A stretch of DNA of 64,000 nt from the NCBI GenBank assembly GCA_951406725.2, contig OX597814.1:25296001-25360000 (forward strand), written 5' to 3'. Shown one piece after another: positions 42,842 through 52,627 of this stretch. Both the position numbers and the translations under genes were made by a program. Origin of the DNA: Octopus vulgaris (lineage: Eukaryota). Numbering within the stretch: the first letter of the stretch is position 1; each line of letters starts with the position of its first letter. The notes below the pieces were generated by a model that saw only the letters and a list, made by a program, of their open reading frames with translations, was not told the DNA's origin and made no database searches.

Positions 42842-44942
42842 TTACTTGTTGTTCGAAAGTCCTTTGTCTTTCACCTCACGGTCTTCTTCTATGAGGCTTT
42901 TGTACAGTTTTTTCGATGAATACTTTTGAAATCTCCCTACTGCATCAGGGTAAAGAGATTTCAGGGTGCTGTATGTGTTCTGTGTTACGTGTATTATTTT
43001 AATGTGTTGTGGTGGTGTTGTGTGTGGGTGGTTACTTGTTTTTATGTCGTTTTCAGTTATGTTGGTGTTTGACCTAATGTGTTCCATTAGGTCGTGGTTG
43101 TTTGTGTTTATGGCTGTCAACATTGTTGGGGGGTTTGATGATGGTGTGTTTGTGTTGATGTGTTTGTTTTCTGTGGATGTTTTTGTGTCGGGAGTGGTGT
43201 ATCTTCCTGCTTTATTTGTTATTTTTTCTTTTCTTTTTTTCCCCTTTTTCTTCTCCCCCCTGTGGCTATTTGCCAATCTTCCGTGTCTTCTTCGTCTAAT
43301 GACAAATCAGACGAATCAGAGCCCGGAAGAGGGAAAATATTGGGGTCTATTGTCGACTGTGTTGATTTTGTTGTTGGTGTTGGTTGGTGAGCGTTTGGTT
43401 GTGGTGTATGCGGTTTTGGAGGTGGGGTTTGGGTATTTTGTGTTTGAGTGATTGTAGGTATTGTTGTGTTGTTTGGGGTCTCAATTTTGTGGGGATTTGG
43501 AGTTGTAATTGTTTCTTCATTTTTGCTGAGTGTCTTTTTGGCAGATGTCCTTGGTTTGGGAGTTGGTGTATTCTTGGTTGTTGTTGTTGGTGATGCTGCT
43601 TCTGTTCTTGGTGCTGCAGTTGGTGTGGTTGTTTGGTTGGTGAGGTTTGTTCCTGCAAAACGTGGTGTGGGCAGTAAACCTTGTGTATTTGTTTTTGTTT
43701 CCGGCTGCTGTTGTTGTTGCTGTTGTTTTCTTGCGGCAGATTTGCAGTCTTTTTTTAGGTGTTGCTCACTGCCGCATATGTAGCAACGTGGTCTTCTGCC
43801 ATCGACGACCACATATAACTTGTGGTCGTCTGATACACATATCTGGGTGGGTATTTTTTTTATATCTTCATGATGTATATGTAGAAGAAATTCTACTTTT
43901 TTTCCCACCCAGTTTTTATGCTTTGTGACCGTGGTTTCCAAAATAGTAAAATTCGTCATTTTTACGCATAAGGCCTTTACAAGCCATAGATTATTGGCTA
44001 TTTTGGGGACATTGCTTAAAGTGATCTTAGTCACTTTCTGTCCCCGATAGCTTGGTGAAGTTGGAGTTCATCTGAGTGAAGAGTTAGCGTTGAGAAACGT
44101 CTAGCCAACTCTTCGGTGTGGAAAACAACTTGTATGTGGGCAAATTTGTTCCACCAGGTCACATAGTCTTTGTGATTCCAGATGGGTTTTCAAGCACTTC
44201 TCTATTTTGCTTGTGTTAGCCTTCTCTGGGCTTTTTGTTTTTTGTTAACTATTTTATAAATAATTGTTCTTCTTTTTTCATCTTCCAAAATGTCTTCTGG
44301 TATGTTTATCTTCACTATACCATCTAATTCTGTTATTGTAATGTTCGTGTCCTGTATTTGTTGAGCCGTGAAATATATTGTTGTTTTTTTTTCTTTAATC
44401 GCCTCAGCGAAATTTGTTGTTGTTTTGTTATTGTTGTTGCTGGTGGTGATGTTGTTGTTGGCTGCAGTTTGTAAAATTGGTGTGTTTGGTTCGATTGTGC
44501 AAGTAGGAAGGGGTGGAAAATTATTTTCATAATTTATCCCTGTACTCAAGCAGCTTTTGTCAATTTGTTTGGTGGCTACAGATTTTTGTTTATTCACTTC
44601 AGTTCTTGTTGTTGGAGTAAAACAGGTCTGAACGGAATTGTTGTTGTTGTTATTGTTGTTTTTGTTGTTGGTGGTGGTGTCAGTGGCAGAAGAGGCAGCC
44701 GAGGCAGCAGATGTCGAAATGGTGGCGCAATTTTTATTTTTGCTGTCATTGTTATTGCTGTTGCTGTTGGTAGTTGAGGTAGTGGATGAGGTGGCGGCGG
44801 CGGTGGTGGTGGTGGTGAAGGCGGTGGTGGTAACAGTAGAAGTCTCTATGTTGTTCTTGCTAGTGGCGGTGTTGGTGACAATGCTGTTACTACACGTAGT
44901 AGTAGCGTTCAATGCACATTCATTCATAATTTTACGTCGCAC
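42842..44942 (-). pseudogene. ORF1 (gag-like, CX2CX4HX4C knuckle), broken by frameshifts
   Basis: Segments 44202-44942 (T/N-rich), 43219-44034 (GRRPRCYICGSEQHLKKDC) and 42842-43276. The gap at 44035-44200 reads PIWNHKDY...IQVVFHTEELA and PSYRGQKVTKI in shifted frames. Confidence 0.85.
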
Positions 44943-45240
44943 GCAAAATTCTTTTTTCTCCTAGCGTTTCCAGTCTAGGAGAAATCTGGTCGATAGAGGA
45001 ACGCGACCATCGTTCCACGATAAAATTTCTAGACATTTTCTAATGTCGAGAATAAAATTACAGAAATGAAATGGGGTCGAAACTGCCCCTAGGGGCGAAT
45101 TCCTCCCTTGGAAAAGCACTCAAACGAAAGTTGGGTGCCTTACACAACTTATTCACAAAAATGTACAGAAAAATTGGGCTATAAATAGTCAAAATAAAGA
45201 ATTACCTTCGGAGTCGATGAGACAGCACATCCATAGACAG

Positions 45241-45336
<96 letters not shown>
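45241..45336. repeat. (GATA)n array
   Basis: Directly visible. Confidence 0.97.
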
Positions 45337-45337
<1 letters not shown>

Positions 45338-45544
45338 TGTTTCTTTATTAGCCACACAGGGCTGCACACAGATAGAACAAATTACAAGGTAGAGCTTTTC
45401 TTCTGAAGGTAAAAAAAAAAAAGGAGGGGTGTTCGATCAAAAGGGATCGTAAAAGGAGAGAAAGAGGACAAAAAAAAGGGGGGGTTAAAAAAAGGGGGAG
45501 AGGAAAAAAAATTGATCAATAGGGATCATTATCACAGAAATGTC

Positions 45545-45547
<3 letters not shown>
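45337..45547 (-). mobile_element. 5'-truncated 3' UTR of a related Tx1-like element
   Basis: Shares TTTATTAGCCACACAGGGCTG, AGAGCTTTTCTT, CGATCAAAAGGGATCG and TATCACAGAAAT with 39039-39200, in the same order. Confidence 0.88.
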
Positions 45548-45608
<61 letters not shown>

Positions 45609-45710
45609 GTAGGTAGGTAGGTAGGTAGGTAGGTAGGTAGGTAGGCACGTAGGTAGGTAGGTAGGTAGGCAGGCAGGCAGGAAGGCAAGCAGGCAGATAG
45701 ATAGATAGAT
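45548..45710. repeat. (GATA)n-(GGTA)n-(GGCA)n-(GATA)n compound array
   Basis: Directly visible. Confidence 0.95.
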
Positions 45711-45729
45711 TTCTTTCCTAAATTTTCAA

Positions 45730-46011
45730 GCCTAGCCAGGCTCATGGCCCAGTTTCCCGGTTTCTGTGGCATATGTGTTGCCCCAGCTGGACGGGACACC
45801 AGTCCATCACAGAGTTACTCAAGAAACAGGAAGAGAGAGTGAGAGAAAGTTATGGTGACAGAGTATGACAGGGGTTGCCACCACCCCCAGTCGGAGCCTC
45901 GTGGAGCTTTTAGGTACTTTTGCTCAATAAACACACACAACACCCGGTCTGGGAATCGAAACCACAATCCTCTGAGTCCGCTGCCCTAACCACTGGGTCA
46001 TTGCGCCTCCA
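45730..46011 (-). mobile_element. SINE family C between GATA tracts
   Basis: Minus-strand head GTGGAGGCGCAATGACCCAGTGGTTAGGGCAGCGGAC, B-box GGTTTCGATTCCC; tail as in the 2072 copy. Confidence 0.85.
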
Positions 46012-46470
46012 CAGATAGATAGATAGATAGATAGACAGATAGTTATAGCTAGATAGATAGATTGGATAGATAAATAGGTATAGATGGATATAGATAGTTT
46101 ATTAGATAGAGAGATAAATAGATATAGATTTAGATAGACAGAGAGATAGATAGTAACAGTATTCTTTAGAAGAAAGACAACAGAACTCCTTAGAAGAAAG
46201 GCAGCAGAAATCCTTAGAAAAAAGATAAAAAACGTTGTTCCAACTCACACAAAGTGGTTCTATTAGGAATGGGAAGAGTAAGATTTTCAAGTTAAAAATA
46301 TATAGGAAGCTGTGACATTCATGTATTTTCCCCAGGAACCAAAAAAACAATGTGACTGAAATGAAATAGAACCAGTTAAAATGTAAATATTCATCAATGG
46401 CATATTGTATACATACATGTACATGTGTGTAGCTAGGCACTTTTGTTATGTCGCAAATACATGTGTGTGC

Positions 46471-46705
46471 CTAGTTAGCTGCAGTTGCTACATCAGTACT
46501 GGACGTTCACATTGAAAATCCTTTTTAAAGAAGTTAATCTTATACAAAGCAATATTATTCAATTTTGATATAAAAACAAATCAAGACCATATTATTGTAT
46601 TACAGGTCAAATTATTCATGCACCCCAAGTAAGGAGCCAATTTGTGCAGCGATTTTTGCGTGAAAAGTGAACACACATAAACAGAGGTCTGTTTTATATA
46701 TACGA
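46471..46705 (-). mobile_element. short non-autonomous Helitron
   Basis: Minus-strand 5' end A|TCGTATATATAAAA, homology to 38815-38932, and 3' end ...GCAACTGCAGCTAACTAG (CTAG at 46471-46474). Confidence 0.6.
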
Positions 46706-46719
46706 TATATATATATATT

Positions 46720-46915
46720 ATGTGTATCTTTGTATTTGTCCCACCACCACTTGAAAACCGGTGTTGCATTGTTGTAACATAACAGTACAGCAAAAGAGGT
46801 CAATAGAATAAGTACCAGGCTTAAACAAAGAAGTAGTGGAGTTAATTCATTTGACTAAAAATTCAATGCAGTGCCCCAGCATGGCTGCAGCTTAATGACT
46901 GAAACATGTAAAAGT
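46720..46915 (+). mobile_element. 3' half of SINE family B
   Basis: CAGCAAAAGAG..AATAGAATAAGTACCAGGCTT...CCCCAGCATGGCTGCAG..AATGACTGAAAC. Confidence 0.7.
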
Positions 46916-46934
46916 TAAATGATAAAGATAAAGA

Positions 46935-46974
<40 letters not shown>

Positions 46975-47055
46975 GGGAGTATAACTCCAAACTTACAGGG
47001 GAAAATTCAATTTAGTATTAAATCAGATTTTACAATATAAATATATAATATTATG

Positions 47056-47226
47056 TAATTCAAACAATGATAGACATAAACCAAATCATAAAGAAAAAAA
47101 TAGAATATATTATAAAACATATAACTAGTTCACACTTTTTGTACTTTTTGTGATCTAGTTATATGTTTTATAATATATTTTATTTTTTCTATATAATATA
47201 GTTTATGTCTATCATTGTTTGAATTA
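47056..47226. repeat. AT-rich inverted repeat (~78-bp arms)
   Basis: TAATTCAAACAATGATAGACATAAAC pairs with GTTTATGTCTATCATTGTTTGAATTA; AATATATTATAAAACATATAACTAG pairs with its complement. Short loop near 47135-47148. Confidence 0.85.
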
Positions 47227-47279
47227 TGTAATAGTGGTTTTTCTCTAATTTATATATATTATACACACACACATGTAAT

Positions 47280-47435
47280 GTACTTCTTTCAGTTTCCATC
47301 TACTAAATCCATGCACAAGGCTTTGGCTGGGCCTAGTGTATAAGACACTTGCCCAAAGTGTCACACAGTAGGACTGAACCTAGAACATGTGGTTGGGAAG
47401 CAAGCTTGCTACTATACAGTCACACCTATGCCTCT
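47280..47435 (-). mobile_element. 5' half of SINE family B
   Basis: CTTCTTTCAGTTTCCATCTAC...AAGACACTTGCCCAAAGTG...GGACTGAACC. Confidence 0.75.
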
Positions 47436-47479
47436 ATGTATATATTAACTAAACCAGTTATCTTGCTGAGGATGGCTGA

Positions 47480-48920
47480 TAGAAACCCAGGACTAAACCA
47501 AGGCTATCAAATGGACAAATGACCCCAACATAAGAACATCTATTTCACAATAGTGTGGTGGTACATGGAAATACATGAGATAACAAATAAGCATGTTGTA
47601 TGACAACTAGGTATGATAGACAGACTTGTGTTCTTCATTCATTGTGAAATAACTTCTTGTCAAGATCAGCATCAAGCAACAGTCAAAAGACATATATCTG
47701 GTTGAGTGTTGGATTGTAAGGATTTTGTGTTATAATTAGAAACCTATCAAAAGAAATACTTGTTTATTGGCTATGAAACTGGCAAAGTACAAAATGTATA
47801 ATGAGAGTTGTTATGCTGGTGAAGATCTATATACTAAATACTATATAACAATTAGCACCAAATTTTACTGAACTACCAGTTTAAATACAAACTAATGTCT
47901 TTGTCCATGTTTCTTTCCTGCGGTCACTCGGTGACACTTATCAATGCTTATGCACCAACAATAAATGGTTCTGATGAATACAAGAATGGGTTTTTATGAG
48001 CAATTAAAAGGTATTACTTGAGAGAATTCTAGTACGAGTAATATTTAGTGAGGACTTCAAAGCATAAGTTGGTGAAAATTTTAGAATAGCGAACAGTTTA
48101 GGATGTTGTAGGATGAAATAATCTGTTACACTCCAATGGTTTACTTATGCTACAAATGTACACAGAATAGAATTTCATTATTTATAATACAGCCTTTGAA
48201 CATAGGCAGATTCTCAAAGTAACTTGAATGCACCTAGATTCCAATAAATGGCTTATGATTGATTTCACTCTAACTAAAATGATTTGAATAGTGTGAGGGA
48301 TGTCCTGATTTTAAGAGGCACAGCCGAATTTTCAATGCTTGAATATGCTTGATCAGGCAATATTAAAGGAAATTTCTGTCAGGTGACAATAAGAACAAGT
48401 TTAATTTTTTGAGGAATCCTATTCATTAGAATTTCGTCAAAATCAAGGTTCAAGGACTGGTTTGATAGCAATACGTATATACAAAGCTTATTATCCTTGT
48501 AAAAAGAGGCAGTAATAAGAAAGTAGAATTTTCATTGCTTAAAAAAATTTGATATTGTAAAGTTGAAGGAATACTCTATCAAACAAGGTACATGCTGCCA
48601 TTTTGTAGTAACCTTTAATCTAGAGTACTATCAACAGGGATGTTCCAAAACTCAGGTCTACTGAAGTAATGGAGCTTATCAAGCTTAAAAACAATAACAG
48701 ATTTCAGAATAATAAGTATATACAAGATTTATTAATCTTTCAAAGTCGTTGATCTAAACACCAGCACCAAAATTAAAATCTATTGGTCCAATATAAAACT
48801 GTTAAACCAAAAATTCAGAAGGAAATCAGAAGTGTATAAAATAAGCAGTGGATTGAGTGTATCCATGATTTTCATGATGCATACAACAAAAAAGATACGG
48901 AGAAGGATTTTACTGTCTCA
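47480..48920 (+). pseudogene. highly decayed RTE-like APE endonuclease/linker region
   Basis: VTLINAYAPT..GSDEYK..FYEQL (47932-48006), followed by EDFKA*VG and TW.HL.S..W..IDF-like remnants. Confidence 0.65.
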
Positions 48921-48934
48921 TAAATACATGTGTG

Positions 48935-49206
48935 TGTTTGTAAGTACATGTTAGTTAGTTAGTTAATTTTTTGGCTCAAAAAGCAAAAAGCAAGGCCATG
49001 TAGGGGGACATGGAGTTATGTACAGGGTGGTGTTCATATAAAGAGTTCAGGCCACTTGAGGTCAAGGGAGACTTTGAACCGAGCGGTGGCCTGAACTCTT
49101 TACATGAACACCACCCTGTACATAACTCCATGTCCCCCTACATGGCCTTGCTTTTTGCTTTTTGAGCCAAAAAATTAACTAACTAACTAACATGTACTTA
49201 CAAACA
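48935..49206. repeat. foldback: 121-bp inverted arms, 1 mismatch, 30-nt loop
   Basis: 48935-49055 is the reverse complement of 49086-49206 except A49038/C49103. Confidence 0.97.
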
Positions 49207-49279
49207 GTATATATATATGTACTTACAAAGTACATATATATGTATATGTATGCATATATAAATGCATATATGTATAAAA

Positions 49280-50260
49280 CAGTCTGTAGTTCAGAACTAT
49301 TCGGCAATGCAATATGCAGAGGATGCATGTTTCATAAATTCTGATTGAGCATTTTGTTCTTTCACTTTCTTTTTGTAAGGTTTCCAAATGTTGTGCCTAC
49401 CTTGGCTATTCTAATATCAATTTCTTTGTCTAAAGATAAGTGATGACACAGAAGAGCCTAAACAGAAAAATTATCAACTTTTACTAACTGGCGTCAATCC
49501 AAGATGATGTAAACAGGAGTACAGCATTCTTGTGATAAGATAATTGCTTTCTTTGTGCTGAATTTTAGTGAAATGACTTTGCCTGCCAAGGAAAGATTGT
49601 CAGCAAATTGCAAGCTTGTTGAATTATGGATTTTGATACCTTGGTTTTGCTATTCAATCATACTATGTTCAATAAGAATTCATCTGTTCTCCAGTGGAGG
49701 AAATATCAGCAGAGGTTTCTTTGGATTCACACTGCAGCAAACAGAGTTCAGGCAAATGTGCAACCCTGCATGATTCTATGATTCCACTCTTAGTATCAAA
49801 ACTGTCTGGAGTTGGGCCATCAAACCATGCAGAGACTTCCACATCGTCATTGAAAAAGATAACTACCTTGAGTAATCCTGGAAAGCATCTCACATTATTT
49901 AATACTTTAGAAAGTCATGGCATGCTGACTGGAGCAAATGCTTCAGTTAGATCTATAAAGGGAGTATAATGGTCCTTCCTTTTTTCATGACACTCTTTCT
50001 GAAGCAGATACAGTAAGAATACCATGTCAGTAGTACATTTGTCAGACCTGAACCCATTTTATTCCAAATAGTTTTCTTTCTACCAAATTTCATAGTTGCT
50101 TAAAAAGAATACTGGCTTATAATTTTCTTTTGTTAAATAAACACCTTTATAATTAATGCTGATACTCCTGTCTCATTTGTTATTTTATTAATACGATATT
50201 AGCATTTGTCATTTTACATTGGATGGTTTCCTGTCTCCAGCAAAGGGCGAAATGCTTGTA
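49280..50260 (-). pseudogene. decayed RTE (BovB-like) reverse transcriptase
   Basis: Minus strand reads GFRSDKCTTDMVFLLYLLQKECHEK...FIDLTEAF...RCFPGLLKVVIFFNDD...FDTKSGI, then FADN, matching the RTE RT domain order. Confidence 0.8.
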
Positions 50261-51936
50261 GAGATTAGGCAAAATGAGAGAAATGGCTCATGGTTGTAAG
50301 AAGGGTAAGTGGTATCAGGGTAAAGCATTCTCACCATGGCCACTTGAGAAGTTCACCCAAGAAATTGTCACTGCCTGCTTGGCTGTTGAAATGCTGAATA
50401 ATTTATGTAAAACTTTCAAAAGTCCTTCCTCAGTAGGTTCTACATTTAGTTCTAATAATTTAGGGCTCATGTTTCCATGGTGTCATGTTATTCGGTTGTT
50501 TGCTTTCATATATATATGAGGTATCCCCTTATCCCCTTCCTCTTAATATATATGATTTTGTGTATATGTATGTGTGTCACTTCTATTTTGTAAGTATTAT
50601 AAATCTTCCACCGAGGAGGGAGCCAGTTTCAAACAGAGATACAAGGCTCTATCTATGGGATGTAGTTAACACAGAAAAATCTTGCATATTTTTACTGTTC
50701 CATTCACAGACTGCACTTATAATGTAGGAAGTAGCAAGTCAATTTCTCTTATATAATTCCAGTTTATATGTTTGCATGTATGTATGTATAGAGGGATAGA
50801 GAGAGAGAGAAAGAGAGACAGACAGACAGACAAATATGTTTATATACATATGTATGTGTGTGTACTCACACTCACATGTACATACACATACATTCAAACA
50901 TATATACATACATATAAGCATATATATACCTGTATATATATATATATATAAACACATTTATGTTTATAGTTTCTGAGGAGAAAGTGGCCCCTTAATACTT
51001 TAATACAACAATAGGATAATCTTATTTTGAGTTATGTGACATAAGTCTGTAAAATTGATTAAGATAGCCTCCAAGAAATTAATTATGTACCATTTAGCTT
51101 AAGTTGGTTGTCAATGTATGGACAGATAAAATGGAATGAGAGATGAAAACTGGACGAGCAATGCTGCAAGCTGATGACCGGTCGATTAACAGTGGCCAGA
51201 GAAATGAAAGGTTAGGATGAAGGAGACAGTGAACATGAAGTCCAGACAAACTGAAGCAGCACTATCAGCCAAAACAACAATAACAACTTCACCAACATCT
51301 CCTATTGCCATCACAACAAAAACAACAGATTGGTTTGTTCATAATATCCGCAAGGTTGTTTAATTAAACAAACTTTTATATTTAACTGTCTTATAAGCTT
51401 ATTAAATATTGCAACCTAAGGCGAATTTCTAAATAATGGAAATTACATGACAAAACCATCTTATTCTAAATAGTTTAAGATGATCAAAAGTTTCAAATCA
51501 GACACTGAAATGGCAAATCTGTATTCAATATATCTTGAAGATTTGAATATAACTGGTTATTCCACATTTTGGCATAACAACAGAAATGAAACTTCAAGTA
51601 ATTAATCTAAAATTTTGTCGAATTTTATGAAGGAAGTTGATTATCTATAAAGTTTTTAATGAAGACAATTTTAGTCAAAACCATAACTTCAGTTGCATAA
51701 TGAATACAAACTGACCCCTCCTGGGATTCACCTATGACACTTTATATATTTACTCTGTCATTTTGATATTTTGGTATACTAATAGTCTTTCAATTCTGGC
51801 GTCGTATAAATGTTGGTATTTATCATTCTTTGTAATATAGTAAACTAGCTTTTCTGTTAACAAATTTGTCAATAACTATACAGTATACTTGCACATAACT
51901 GTCTGCTATCCATATATATATATATATATATATATA

Positions 51937-52627
51937 TCTACTATATATGTGGGAAATTCTGTCTGTGGGTGTGTTCGTTTGTGGAGTTGTTAGCTAAGTC
52001 CTCCTACATTGTTTTATTGACTTTGATGAAGCTTGACACGTGAGTAGAACTCATGTCTGGAAACCTCATGGCATCAATAATAGGGACCCTGGAAGGGATC
52101 CTTATATATAGCCAAGGGAAATAACCCATTCATTTTCCTAAATTATTTGGTAAAAATGAAAATGAGTATGATTATTTCCTAGTATTTGAACTGTTAGAGT
52201 TATTTTTGCAGTTTATCCATTACAACTCTTAAACAAGTAAATAGTATTTTCCTAAGCAATAGACTCCCAATCACTGTGACTAAGATAGCAGATACTTTTA
52301 CTAAGTGCAGAGACTTCAGCAACCATGACTGAGAAAAAGAGTTGAATGCTTTCCTTTAATCAAGGTATATTATAACAAGAACCCTGTGAAATTTTCTTAC
52401 TTTGGATTGCACAACTTTTTTAACAAAAATTGCTCAGCATATCCCTGCACTCTCTTCTTTCCGCCTGCCTGTTTGCCACCTACCATATTGTTGGCCTCAC
52501 AATTGGTTAAGGCAGCTTACATAAAGCTTGTATAAAATGTCTAGTCAAGTAATGAGCCTATAGTTTTTCTGCCAAGTTGATGGTTTTATTCTTGGTTACA
52601 ATATTCATCCATGCTATAGCAAGCTAG
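51937..52627 (+). mobile_element. probable non-autonomous Helitron
   Basis: Starts A|TCTACTATATATG followed by a TCTGTCTGTG..GTTTGT tract; candidate CTAG|T end at 52624-52627. Confidence 0.45.

Larger units (their letters stand above)
39031..45240 (-). mobile_element. near full-length L1-group (Tx1-like) non-LTR retrotransposon in a (GATA)n array
   Basis: 5' UTR, zinc-knuckle ORF1, APE-RT-CCHC ORF2, and a 3' UTR ending GTGGCTAATAAAAGAAAGTT then (ATCT)n. GATA arrays on both sides. Confidence 0.93.

Noticed and set aside
39369-44964. Plus-strand and alternate-frame ORFs over the Tx1 element (e.g. 39981-40691, 42966-43451)
   Set aside because: Antisense shadows of GC-rich or skewed coding DNA, with no independent motifs.
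46163-46230. Three 24-bp tandem units (translating as CCLSSKEF repeats)
   Set aside because: Short local minisatellite with no evidence of coding function.
51171-51204. CTGATGA...GAAA hammerhead-like spacing
   Set aside because: Stem II lacks a closing pair next to the core and no stems I/III were found. The CTGATGA hits near 8160 and 37228, and at 56030 on the minus strand, also lack a GAAA partner.
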